Below, piece by piece: positions 22,980-35,448 of a stretch of 64,000 nt of DNA (within the stretch, counting starts at the first letter, position 1; each line of letters opens with the position of its first letter). A program made the position numbers and the translations under genes. The notes beneath the pieces were generated by a model. The model was not told where the DNA came from. It was given only the letters and a program-made list of their open reading frames with translations, and searched no databases. The DNA comes from Cladosporium halotolerans (taxonomy: Eukaryota): positions 124,001 through 188,000 of the forward strand of contig NW_027191470.1 in NCBI RefSeq assembly GCF_011745625.1, read 5' to 3'.

Positions 22980-25180
22980 CGAGGGAGAGGGCGTTGAAAA
23001 ATTTGGGCTATGACAAAGCCCGACGAGGGCGATATTGAGACATAATGAAAATCACCACCTCGTTTCTGGCAGTGCTGTTGGGAGTGGAAGTTGGGCGAAC
23101 GGCCGCCGGCCGCTGACCGCTGGGATGCCGCGTGTATCGGAGAGTTTGCACAGGGCGAGATCAGCGCGGAGCGAACCCCTTCCCTGTTTAACGGTCGAGG
23201 GAAAGGCAGTTTGCGCGTCAGCACTCGTTCGCGTGAGGTGATGTTGTTGTTGTCAGCTGTCAGGACCGTTTCCGCCCAATTTCCAAACGCTCGGTGCCCG
23301 TTTAGCGCCAGATCTCGGAATCAAGCGGGCCCTGCCTATAGTAGGATCGCGATGCCTATATGAGCAGAGCAAGGGCTCTCCACGCAAGCGGGTGATGCCG
23401 GCATGGAGATGAACAGACGTCGAGAGAGTGAGCACTGTGTCTGATTACTCGATCCACCGTGCGAGGTGCGAATTGGAGGTGTCGCAGAGCGTGTCTTCGA
23501 GCGAGCGACGGTCGCGGGTGGGAAGAACGGAGGGTCGTCCGTTCCAACATCAAAACGCTGCCAACCGACAAAACACTTGAAGATACCTGATTGACTGTCA
23601 CCCCGCGGTGTGACCAGATTCATGCAGACGGGTGTCTGAAATGCGCCGGGCCGGCCATGAGGAGGCAGGGGGAGTGGCTCTCCTGAAAGGGACAGGTCGA
23701 TGCAGAGAGATGGCAGATCTGGTGGGCTGTCGCGCGGGCGGCGCTGGCACCGGTGGTGAGGTCCACCTCGTCGACCCGCCATTGGCCAGCTGCGCGGGCT
23801 CGCGGTGACTTTCGACGATCCCGTCGCGGCTCCAACAGTTTTGTGGGGTGGAGCATTCGGCGGTCGGTGATCCCCCAGACGTGCTCGCAACTCTCCTTTC
23901 CACTGCCGGCGGGTCGGCTAGTGCTGTTTTCGCTATCGCATCGTCCTGTCATGCTGAGGGCGCGTGCCCGCCTATATTGCTCGAGGCCGCTATAAGGGCA
24001 GCCAGCGCCGGCGCCTTATGCCCTGTTCGTTCGAGCCGCTGTGGCCCCGGCCACCCCTGCTCCCGTTCATGCACTGGTAGGCTACTGCCGGCACGCAGCT
24101 ACATGCTGGCGCTCCTGTGGCTAGAGAGCTGCGCGCCCTGGGTCGGGAGTCGGGGGCGCCTCCTGGAGTGGGGAGGAGAGCGGCGGTGTAGGCCTGATGT
24201 TGCGTTGATGCGACGTGCGGTGGAGAGGGCGAGGGCAGCGTGCTCCATTGCTCCCTCGAGGTGCATCGATGCGCGCGCGGAATACTGCGCGGCCAGACCG
24301 CCAGCAGGGCGCGCAGACTCTGCGTGCGCGCGTGCCCGGCCAAGATGCAATAGCGTCCCGAGCAGGCCGGCGACGGCATGCGAGGCCGAGTGCGATGCTA
24401 TCACGGGGCAGGGGAGCGTACGATCTCTTCACGGGCAGGCGAGGGTGTGCCAGGCCATCACGCCGCATATGTGGCATCGCCGACGGCAGCTGGGATGCGA
24501 CCCCTGCGTGTGCGGGCGCGGGCGCAGGCGATGAAGAGCGCGCGGCGGCGAGTGAGGGCAGAGGCGCAGGGTTGGCAGCGCGCAGGCGGCCCAGGGGAGT
24601 CGGTGGTGTGGCGCGCAGTGGTACCTGACGATCCGTGAGCCGTCGCAGGGCCGCATTTGCAACGCACAGCGCGCCGCCCGCCTGGCGATGCACGTCAGGA
24701 CTGCTGCTTCGGGGCGGCGCATCCTGGCCCATCTGGCATGCCGTGTTGCATCCGCCGCAGGTGCTGCCTCCATGCGGCCTCCGCGGGCTGCCCTCAGCCA
24801 CTTCGGGCGTTGCCAGCGGGCGCGCCAGAGCTTTGCGCGCGCGCGCCCGTACACCTGCCTACTGCGCTATACTGTTCGCCGTTGCTCGCCCGCGCGCACC
24901 CCAGCGCGCACAACCCCCATTGCCCGCCTCACTGACCTCGTCGTCGCCCTCATCGTCCGGGCTGCGTCGCGCCAGCCCGCTCGCCAGCCCTGTCGCCGCC
25001 TGCCCGCCCGTCCGCTCGCCTGTCCGCCTGCAGCAGCAAGGGATGGCCGTACGTCCTGTGTATCCTCCGGGCACCCCAATGGCGGCGGCGCTGCTCTCTT
25101 CGGGCGCCGTCCGTCCTGCCCAGGCGTGCCAGTCTCCCGCGGCTGAGAATGGCCGCACACAGGCTGCGCTCCGCGACATA

Positions 25181-25210
25181 GGTGGCCGTGGGTGGCCGTG
25201 GGTGGCCGTG
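25181..25210. repeat. Tandem 10-mer (GGTGGCCGTG)x3
   Basis: Three perfect copies read directly. Confidence 0.85.
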
Positions 25211-25890
25211 GGCGGCCCACACGCCCGTCCGCCCATTGCCCGCCGCCCGCAGCGCCTGCGACTCTGGGACGCCCATACCCACGCGCACGCGCGGTGAGCA
25301 TTGCGCTGAGATTGCGGCATCATCTTGCCGTTGCGCGTGTCCGGCGGTATGCGGGTGCGGTGGTAGACAGTTTAAGCTTCTTTTGGGCCGGCCAGAGTGG
25401 GGCTAAAAATAATGTCTCGCAATGGCCGCTATAGCGCATCATACAAGCCGGCTGCTATCGAAGTGGCTCGCTGCGATCGGCTCTACCCACCCAAGATCCT
25501 TCTCCCCAGGGCCCTGCGCACACGACGCACGGCGGCGGTGCCATGGGCAGAATGGGCTGGCGTCATGGAGCCAGTCAGCTGCCTTGCCTGCCTTGCCTGC
25601 CGTCCTGGCGTCCTGGCCCAGGGAGATGCAGTGGCCCAGTGGCCCCTCAGTCTGGTCTCCTCACTCATCGCTGGCTTTTCTGACTGTTCCCGTGTGTCGA
25701 ATACAGATCGACGGCTCGCCGTCATCCGTTTCATGGTCATATTGATTGCGCTTTCTATAGCGCAATTCCTCACGGCCGCCGCAACGGTTTCGCCTTCTGA
25801 TACACATATCTGACCTGACACCACTCCTGCTGGTTTCTTTCCACACCTGCATTCTTCTGGCGAGCCCTCGACGACTCCTCCGCCGTCGGC

Positions 25891-25908
25891 CAGTCAGTCA
25901 GTCAGTCA
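25891..25908. repeat. (CAGT)n microsatellite near the probable medA transcription start
   Basis: cagtcagtcagtcagtca read directly, after a pyrimidine-rich tract. Confidence 0.8.
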
Positions 25909-27239
25909 TTCACTCACCCCAGCCAGCCCATCCGGATCACTCTGAAACCGTACTCAGCATCTCGGATCCGCTCTCCTGGCTTCCATTCCAAGACCTATCC
26001 CACCCACCTGGATTGCACCCACACCGACGCGTCTAACCACAAGGTCAACATCGTTCGAGCACCGCTTTCAGCTCACCCCGCCTCCGGAAACACGACCTGC
26101 CTAATCGATTTCACCGCCCATCACGAATCCACATTGACACTTGTGGCTTCGGCAACCTGCACTTAATACCAGTCACCTGACGACGAAACACTTTCGCTTC
26201 TACCCTCCTGTTAGACCACGGTCATCAGGATAATCTAATCGCAATAGCCTAAACCGGCGTTAATACCAACCAACTTCCGTGCTCCAGCCCTTGCTGCGCT
26301 TGGACCTGTACCCTGTAAGTGTTCAATTGATGGTCATCCCGACGAAATCGATGCGCCCTTTCGCCTCGGGATGCTACACCCAGGCCGCTGGGACGGCGTT
26401 TCCCTCTCCATCCTGACCGCAGAGCTGGCCACCACCGCATTCGCCCAAGTGGCGACGGAGACTTTACCCATCGCGGACGTCGCTGACGAATGTTTAATGC
26501 CAGTCTCGCAACCCGCAACAATCACAGTCGCTACAGCCTTGTTTCTTTGATCTCGCGTGCGGAGTCGGCACCGGATACCCACAGTAGCCCAACACCAGCC
26601 CCTTGGGACGAACGACGGGAACAACCCTGCAATCTCCTGCGAACGCCTGCAATCGCCGCCAGAACTCCATACCAACCGCGCAGATCTCCTTTTTGCGCCC
26701 GGCAATTGGTGTGTGAAGAACGCCCCATTGACGACCGTAGCAAAGCAGACCTATTTGCGGGCTGCATGTCTCGAAGCGGATAAGTGCTTTGCTGCTTGGA
26801 CCACCCAGTTCGCCCAGCCTGCGCTTCCTTGCATCGAATTGAGTTGTAGTACGTCGCGCACCTATTCTGCGGCGTACATCTGTAGCAGACTGCCTCTGCT
26901 GCCCGTGTGATTGAACCCATCATTTGCCAAAAAGGCAGAAGACAGACGTATGCGTCACCAGGTGCGTGGAAACCCCTTTCGCCTTGCAACATTCCTTCCC
27001 GGCACGAGATGGTCTTGAAAGTGTCAGCGCGAGACTTCTCTTCCTGTGACTGCAACACCCACGCGACCGGCGAACACAATCACTGACAGGCGATCGTGCA
27101 GCTTTCCCAGCGTAGCCGCAAGTCACCGGTGATAGTTGATGAAGATTGCGGCATCCCCACCTCAGTGATCGACAGTTATCGAGAGGAGTACGACAGCGGG
27201 CCTCTTGGCCCAACGGACCCCAGGACGCTGCTGTTGTCG

Positions 27240-29575
27240 ATGTCGGATTACAAGCAGCCGCAGAGTTACGATGTGTACGGTAAGTTTGTTCCATACTTCT
27301 AGCGCTGCCAAATCGCGCATTCCGACGCTTCGCCGCCTGAGCTTGCGAAGCTCCTGCCTAGCGTCGCGCATGCGGGCACTGGGCATGTGAGAGGTCAATT
27401 GCGCAGATGACTGACCATGACGCATTCAGATTATAATGCAGCCACACGACCAGAACAGGCACAAGACTACGCTGGATTCGCAGCCAACCCAGCCTATGGG
27501 TCCGAGTATGTGGGTGCTCAGGCGCAGGTACCATCTGGTCTCCCGCAGTCAACAGGGCTGAACATGCTGCCGTCTGCACATCAAACGTACGGGACGCATG
27601 ACCCGACCTATTACAACCAGCAGCAGTCACAGTACCCTGCATATCTGGACTCCGAGGCTCGCCAACTCCCGGAGGTTATTTCCTACTCGCCGGCACAGGG
27701 ACAGCAAGGCACCAAAGTCACCGTCTACTTCAGGACCAACTACAACCTTGACAGCGCTCCTCAAGCCTCTCTCGTTATGATGTTCGGACAGAAGCGCTGC
27801 GACAGCGTTCTGTCCAAGACCTCCCACCAAGGTCCGCCTTACCAGTACGCCCTCACTGCGGATGCGCCTTCGCTCTCATCGACGAACTCTCCGTCTCCTC
27901 AGCTCCCTCTTCACATCATGTTCGAGGGCTCCGCGACCTGGCAATCGCCATCGCTCGAGTTCGGCAGCTTCTCGTTCCTCGACGAATACCCCATCGACTC
28001 GCCCACTCAGCAGCACGCATCTTCAACCCAGCGCAAGCGCAAGCTCACACCCGAGGCCGAGGAGCGCCGTTCGCCGACCAAGAAGCAGTCGTATGCGGCT
28101 CTTCCTCCTTCCACCGGCTCTGACTCCCACGCATACTACCCCAGTGCGCAGCCCGCGATTTCGGTGTCGACCGACTTCGCTCGCCCGACTATGGCTGATG
28201 CGTACTCGCAAGCCCGTCGTTTCTCCGTGCCGGAGCCTGTCTACGGTCAGAACATCTCGCGCGTCCAAGCACAGCAGCCTTACTACGGCGCTCAGCCTTC
28301 GTCTGCCGCTGCCAGGCTGCAGTCGACCCAGAGCCCGTCATACAACTACTACTCGTCGCTTCCCAACACCACCAGGTCGCCTTCCATGCAAGGTCTCTCT
28401 GCTGGAGGCAGATCCTCGATGCTTTCAGCGCCCGGCGGTGGCAGCAACCCGCCTCTGATCCGCACGTCGACCATCACGCAGTCGCCCACGACGCCTGGTG
28501 CCCAGTCGCAGTCTTTCAACCCGTACGCAATGTACCCCGCCAACACCAAGGCGATGCTGAAGATCGACGGCGACCTCAACACCATGGTCGACAACTGGAC
28601 GCCGGAGGAGTGGGACGTCAAGCGTCGCCTGGTGCAATTCAAGCGCAGTCAGGCGGGCAGTGTCATCACCACCACCTTCGAGCCGGTAAGCCCGGAAGAG
28701 CGCGCGCCCAACAGCATCTGCGTCAGCTGCATCTACTGGGCGGAGAAGGGTGAGTGTTACGTCACCAGCGTCGACACCATCCAGCTCCTGGAGGCCCTGG
28801 TGGCTGTGCGATTCACGGTCGAGGAGAAGAACCGCATCCGTCGCAACCTCGAGGGATTCCGCCCGGCGACCGTGTCCAAGGCGAAGCAGGACAGCGAGGA
28901 GTTCTTCAAGCTGATCATGGGCTTCCCCAACCCCAAGCCGCGCAACATTGAGAAGGACGTCAAGGTCTTCCCGTGGCGCATCCTCGCCACGGCCCTCAAG
29001 AAGATCATCGGCAAATATGCAAGTCATCCCGCTCCCACAGCTGCAGCCTCGTTGCAAGCGCTAACCAAGCCTCACAGTCCGCCAGCTACTCGTCCACCGC
29101 GAGCGCCATGCCTCAGCAGATGCAATCAGCTGCCGGCTACGCGCGCGGCTCCGACGCGGGCCTGCGCCAGATGGCCTCGCCACTCGCGACGACCGCGCCG
29201 TCCCACGCCTACGCATCAGCAATGACCACGCAGGCGTACGCGGGATCAGCAGGCTTCGGCCCGTCAGCAGGCCCACCCGACCTCCGCCTCACGGTGCCGG
29301 GCGGCTACCAGTCACAGTACGCCCCGTCGGACCTCAGCGCGGCGTCCAGCGCCGGACGCGGCAACTCGTGGGACTTTGGCACGTACATCAGCGCCTCGCC
29401 GGCCACCGGCCTGCCCGGATCGGCGCAGGCGACGCAGTACCAGTACGGGATCGGCGCGGGCCAGGCGTCGCAGCAGCGCGTGTCGACGCTGGCGGCGCAG
29501 TCGATGAACGAGGGCCGCTTCCTGCCCATGTACGCGCAGGCGGAGGGCAGTCAGCAGACGTCGTCGGGCGCGTAG
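27240..29575 (+). CDS. medA: Developmental regulator Medusa (MedA/ACON-3/Ren1 family)
   Basis: Exons 27240-27279, 27430-29018, 29078-29575 (the last intron is GC-AG). Conserved core WTPEEWDVKRRLVQF..CVSCIYW..CYVTSVDTIQLLE..FTVEEKNRIRRNLEGFRP.TVSKAK.DSEEFFKLIMGFPNPKPRNIEKDVKVFPW..LKKIIGKYSASYSST. A possible N-terminal extension starts at 26950 (see findings). Confidence 0.9.
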
Positions 29576-31163
29576 GGAAGGGCGACCACCCCCGCGGGAC
29601 GCCTGACTCGAACAAACAATCACAGCATGATGGTGTGCAGCCCTCCCAGAGCCGCAAGGCACGGTGGTGGGTAACGTCGAGGTCGGACTGGCGCGCACTG
29701 ATTGGGCACGGCATCGCCCGGGGCGCTGCAGGCCGCGCGCAAGACGGCGCGGCCTTCTTGATCCTGTGGCACACGCGCAGCAGAGCGGCAGCCCTCGATT
29801 CCATGTCCTGGGCGCCGCGGGCTGCAGCCTTGACTGCTGCTCGACCGTGTGCCCGCGGCCGCCGTGTCACCCGACCTGGCTGCGCAGCGGGTACATGGTG
29901 GATACAGCCATCAGTACTATAGTCGGGCGCGCGGTTGGACCCACGCCTGCGGCCCCGGAGATCGGCAAGGGCTTGCTTGCTTGCAGCTGGCGTCGCCGCC
30001 AGCCAATCCCGCCGCGCGCCCGGCGTTTGCTGCGCCCGTCACGCTACTCGATCGACGACCGCCCGCATGCACACACAACATCGACGAAACACGCCCCCTT
30101 CGACAGACACACGCACATCGTTCTACCTCATACACGGACAACGGAAACGGAAACGGACACGGGCACCGCATCACACTTCGCATTCCGGCGCGCTATACCC
30201 CATGCTTGCTTGCTTTTTGGCTTTCTCTCTTTCTCTTAAAGGCATCTAATCACTTCTCGTCGCTTTTATCTCTTATCGCTCGCAGTCGATCGTCGTCGTC
30301 GTCGACTCTTGCAGCTTCTTTCAACACAACAACACAACTTAATGTATGAATCACCACGAGACCGGCTCTTTTCCGTCGAAGCACACAATCGACGACCAAA
30401 GATGCGCCCTCACTCAACAAACCAACCAACCAACCTTCCATTCTTCTCATCGGATTTTCTTCACACTTTCGTTTCCGCTCGAACTCTCCCACGCTGGAGC
30501 ATCGAAGCATAATCTAATCACCGACATCTTTTCTTTCTCTTCTATTTCTTTTCGTTTCTGTCGGACAGCTATTCTCGTTTTTTTTTTTTGCTGGCTTTTG
30601 CTTTGCTGTACGATATGATACCCAGGACTCACACAAACCAAGCCGCCCGAAGGTCAAAGGGGGAGAAAGACGGATGGATGGATGGGTGCATGGATGGATT
30701 GACGGAAAGGGCGGCTTACACGAACATACAAATCACTTTTTCTTCTTCAACAATCGAAATTACTTCAATCTGTTAGATCTTCCCAGCTCGTGAGTCGCTG
30801 TCACGTTGTGTGCGTTTGTTTTTGGATTTGAGTGCGAGCAGTGTTGGTGTTCGCGTTGCCTTCGTTGCTTGCCTGCACTTTTTCAACGCCGCGCGCGACT
30901 CGTTCGGCCGTTCAGTTCATTATACTTAGAGCTTCATGTCATAATACCTGAAGGATAGATCGCCTTCCAGACCTGACCGAATCCTCTGTACATCCACATC
31001 TTCCGTCTCGTCTTCTCCTCCAGATACCAAATTCGTCACTTGACTGGCAAGATCGTTCCCCATTGTCACGAAAGAAAAACGATATCTCTCCCAACGTGTA
31101 AGCCGGCCGCATATCGCTTGTGTGAAGAGATGAAGTAGCTAGTGCTGGTGGCGGCATCTTGGT

Positions 31164-32624
31164 CTAGCTCATGACGATGCCGCCGTCGACGCAGATGCTA
31201 AGATAAGGTGTTAGTTTCAATACACAGTCATTTGCAAAGCGATATGCAAAACTGCAGAACGCGCACGAATTTCCCGGCAAGACCGACCTTGCACGCCTCG
31301 CGCACGCCTCTCCTCCGCCTGCGGAGTGAAGCCAGAAGATTCGAGGCGCGACCGAAGCGTGCGAGACAAAACCCAGCCAAGCATCTCCCTCGAAAAGCCG
31401 AAAAGGAGGGAAAAAAAAACGACTCAAGGAAAACGGCCGAAAACTCACGTCTGCCCCGTCAAATAATCACTCCCCCTGCCCGCCAGATACCCCACCAAGC
31501 CCGCAACATCCCTTGGCTCGCTCGTGCGCCCCAGCGCGATCAAGTCGCGACTGAACTGCTTGATCGTCTCGCCCTTGGCGGCGCCTTTGGTCTTGCCCAG
31601 CTCCTCGTCGATCAGGTCCCACATCGCCGTGCCGACGATCCCGGGCGCGTAGGCGTTGACGGTGATGCCGTGCTGCGCGAGTTCCATGGCGTAGGCGGAG
31701 GTCAGGCCGCGGACGGCGTATTTGGAGGCGGAGTAGTGGGAGAGGAGCGGGAAGGGGCGGAAGGCGACGATTGAGGCTGCGGCGATGAGTTTGCCTGGGA
31801 GGGAAGTCAGCGTTTGGGGGGATTGGAAGGGTTTTTTTGGATGAGGCCTGGTGATTCTTCCGCTTTTTCTTTTGTTTCGGGATTTGGGAGAGATGGGATG
31901 AAGTCGGAATCGCAGACTTCAATTTTTCCGACTTCAGACCTCACGTACCTGGCTTCTCAACACTGCAGTTTCCTTGAGCGATCATCTGCTTAGCGGCCGT
32001 AGAGTGGCAGTTCTGCACGCCGAAGACGTTGATGCGGAACATGCGCTCGAAGTCCTCCGGCGTAAGCTCGAGTAGTGATTTTACCTGCGCGATGCCCGCG
32101 TTGGCAACCCTGTTCGCGCAAAAGTATCAGCGGATCTGCTGCTTCGAATAGGAAAAATATAAGTAGAAGTACATCGTGTTCAACGGCCCCAGCGCATCAA
32201 CGCTCGACCTCACGACACTTTCGACCTCGCTCAAGACCGAGACGTCTCCCAGCGCGACGGTGGACTTCCGGCCGATCTGTGAGATCTCGTGAGCGACTTC
32301 TTCGGCGCCCTGCTTGTTGGCCGGGATATCGTTGATGCAGACGTCGTAGCCGTCTTGGGCGAGGCGGAGGGCGATGGATTTGCCGCTGCAGAACGTAGTT
32401 GGTTAGGTACAAGATGAGCATGCAACATATTGCTGGTACACGGCCATGGGCGAGTACACGTACATGCCGCGGGCAGAACCAGTCACAATGGCTGTTTGCT
32501 TGTCTCCGGTCTGGTATTGAGCCGGGAAAGCGTAGGTACGGTGCTGCTGGAAAGAGGATATTGCTGTTGTGCGAGGGAGCACGCGGCTGGTGCGGGAGAA
32601 GACAGTTCGAGGAATCGAGGCCAT
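31164..32624 (-). CDS. Classical short-chain dehydrogenase, acetoin(diacetyl) reductase-like, with presequence-like N-terminus
   Basis: Five exons; donors at about 32463, 32172, 31948 and 31448. TGSARGIG, VANAGIAQV, AASI, YSASK, VNAYAPGIVGT and TGQTICVDGG motifs. Confidence 0.85.
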
Positions 32625-33264
32625 TGTTGTTAGCTGGACTGAAGACGGGAGAACTGTGATACAAGCTCTGAATGGAATTGGGAAAGGCGCTGGACGCGAA
32701 TAAAGTAGCTACTCCAGCTATGCTTCGAGTACGGGCTAGTGCTTGCTATGTAACGGGAAAGGCAGGGAGTAAGAGACGCCGGAGATTATATTGAAGAATC
32801 AGAGATTGTATACTTGCCCGGAGCAATGGCATATCCGTGCCAAATCCATGGGCGGGCATATGCTACCCCTCACAGAAGAGGAGGAACGCGGCTCGCGTGC
32901 TTCTCTCCCGCAAGACCGAGCGATATGGGCACACACGAGGAGTGGCGGAGGTTCGAACCGGCGGGTTCCGATTTCCACTCTTCGCGTGTGGTGAAGCCTC
33001 GAAATGATTTTGGAAGAGCCATACGCATGAAATTCGTACCTAGAAGCGCAAGGCTTCACCCGAACTCTGCTGTCCAAGGTGAAGTAGCAGCTGGGACATG
33101 GAGGTGGAGAGCTGAGGCGAGCTAGTCGGACGATCTCACAACGCGGAACAGAAGCCGCGCGACGACCCCTCTTCCAATCGCGTCGTCTTGCACGCGTTGT
33201 GCAACAATAATGCACCTTGCCCATGCAGCATTGTGAATAGCCTCTTCCACTCGCCCAACACACC

Positions 33265-34569
33265 ATGTCTCGTCCGGCCGCCTCAAGAGGCCTCACCCTC
33301 ACCGAGGAACTAGAGCGTCTTGAACAGCAGATCACCCTGACGCTGCAAGAGATCGACAGCAACTTCAGCAAAGCTCACCGCATCGTCACCAGCAGCATCC
33401 TGCCGATAGTCGAACAATATGGCAAGCACAGCAACGATGTCTGGGAAAGCTCCAAGTTCTGGAAGCAATTCTTCGAGGCGTCCGCAAACGTTTCTCTTTC
33501 GGGATACGAGGAGGGAGCACAAGACCAGGACGCTACCAACACCGAAGTCGACGACACCGCAACTGCGCTCGAAACGCCTGAAACAGAGCGACGGCCTGCT
33601 GCAGGACACCAGAGCGAGGATGAGGAGGAAGATTCATATACCATCGATTCGCCCACGCAGGTTACAGGCGTGCAATCGACCCCAAAACTGCCCGCTTCCA
33701 CCACCAAAACACGGCCGGCCCAACAAAAGTCTTCGTTCGGCAAGTCAGCCGCTTCCTCCTACCGATCGCCCTCTCCACGCAAATACACCGGACGAAACCC
33801 TCTAGCCGTCTCTCAAACAAGCGAGGAGCCCTCCACGCCGAACGCGCCTGGGAACAGGAACGACGAGAACCTCTTCTCCTCCTCGCCCTTCCAGGCCGAG
33901 TCCGCAGTCCGGCCTCAGACTCAACACTCAAACGCAGACGCCGTCCTCCACCGCAATGTCCTCGACAAGAACTACCGCATCCAAGCAACCCCCCACAGCC
34001 AGCGCAAACAGCAACAGCAACAACACAAACCCTCCGCGGCCGCCACCCCCGCAACCGCAACCCGCACAACCCGACAACCCTGGGACGACTCGCCCGGCTC
34101 CTCGCCCGAAATCTCCGCGCCCCAACTACGCAGCGACCTCTTCTCGCCCGCACCCGTGCCCAAACCCCGCGCCGCGCAGCCACAACAACCCCCTCAGCCC
34201 CTCACACCAGGCATCTCAGTCCTCACGCCCGCCAAACCCACCTCGACGGGCGTGCGCACAACCAGCACCGGCCGCCCCCTCATCAGCCCCGCCAACCGCA
34301 GCTCGCGGCTCTTCTCGGGCGCTGAGTCGGACTCGGACGACGACTCGCTGGGCATGTCGCCGCCGAAGACGATGCAGTTCCACGTGCCGCAGAGCCGGCT
34401 GCTGCAGACGCCCGCGCGCGAGGCGAGCCGCAAGATCGTGGAGGATCTGCTGTTGACGGCGGGCGCGGACGCGACGGATGAGATTGAGGGGCAGGAGGAG
34501 AGTGGGTTTGTGGAGGAGCCGAGCCCGAGTGTTGTTAGGAAGGCGTGGGAGGAGGATGACACGTTCTGA
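33265..34569 (+). CDS. ASK1: DASH/Dam1 complex subunit Ask1
   Basis: N-terminal EELERLEQQITLTLQEIDSNFSKAHRIVTSSILPIVEQY..SSKFWKQFFEASANVSL; C-terminal MSPPKTMQF..LLQTPAREAS. Confidence 0.92.
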   Translation: MSRPAASRGLTLTEELERLEQQITLTLQEIDSNFSKAHRIVTSSILPIVEQYGKHSNDVWESSKFWKQFFEASANVSLSGYEEGAQDQDATNTEVDDTATALETPETERRPAAGHQSEDEEEDSYTIDSPTQVTGVQSTPKLPASTTKTRPAQQKSSFGKSAASSYRSPSPRKYTGRNPLAVSQTSEEPSTPNAPGNRNDENLFSSSPFQAESAVRPQTQHSNADAVLHRNVLDKNYRIQATPHSQRKQQQQQHKPSAAATPATATRTTRQPWDDSPGSSPEISAPQLRSDLFSPAPVPKPRAAQPQQPPQPLTPGISVLTPAKPTSTGVRTTSTGRPLISPANRSSRLFSGAESDSDDDSLGMSPPKTMQFHVPQSRLLQTPAREASRKIVEDLLLTAGADATDEIEGQEESGFVEEPSPSVVRKAWEEDDTF

Positions 34570-35448
34570 GGGCTTTCAGTATCGTTGTAGATGCAGCGCC
34601 CCTGGCCCTTGTTGTGTATAGATGCAGTCATATCCTGCAGAGCTTGCTCTAAACTACATCAAATGGTACCTTAGTACGCTTTGATATTGCCTTCGACCGT
34701 GATCAGCCAGCCAATTGCTCACCACAATTTACCTTCATTACCTCCATCTCACCAATCATGTTTTCCATCACCTCAACTTCCCCGTGCAACCGCATGTGAA
34801 GCCGTAAGAATGAGATATACAAGACCAACAATCCACGGGAAAGAGCACAGAGATGCAGGTCCAGAAACAAGTTGTCAACAAAAACCGGCTGGAATAGATT
34901 AAGCGCTCGCGAAGCATGACATAGAGGTATATCCGTTTTCTCGCCGCACGAAAAATACGACCAGACCCAAAACAAGACATCATCCACCCGCCTTATCAAC
35001 CAGTCAGCAAGTCCCGTCTCTTTCCCCCCATCTCCGTGCCCTCACCTCCCCCACTAAACACATTTCTCTCAGCCCAATACATAGACTTAACCACACCACA
35101 AAATCATTCAAGAAGCAAAGGACGAACGGCGAAGAAACAGAAAAGCAGCCACAAACAACATCGACAAGTAAATTTTCATTTCGCAGCAAAAAAGCATATA
35201 ATCGGGGGGTATTGTCTCTTCTTTTCCGGTTCCCAAAAAGCACAAAACAACTAAAACAAGCAGCAGCAAAAAAGATAACAAAGCCAGAGGGGGATATAGC
35301 AGTGAAGTGAAACGAAGACACCGGATCCGAATCTCCCAGAAACCCCACGAACCAAACCCCTCTCCGAGCCCTTGAAAAGATATCAATAAACAACAGAACG
35401 CGTCAGAAAAAGAAGAAGCACAAAGAGGTATCATCTTTCGAGAGAGTT

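Noticed and set aside
22995..23004. RRPE-like TGAAAAATTT
   Set aside because: Lies just downstream of the RRN7 stop, not in a ribosome-biogenesis promoter; single short match.
25181..25210. Direct repeats as a CRISPR-like array
   Set aside because: Contiguous 10-mers without spacers, eukaryotic context, no cas genes.
23300..25450. Many overlapping 100-230 aa ORFs on both strands
   Set aside because: Arg/Ala/Pro/Cys-rich translations typical of stop-poor GC-rich non-coding DNA; no codon periodicity or motifs evident.
32940..32975. B-box-like GGTTCGAACC suggesting a tRNA
   Set aside because: No T-stem pairing, A box or cloverleaf could be built around it.
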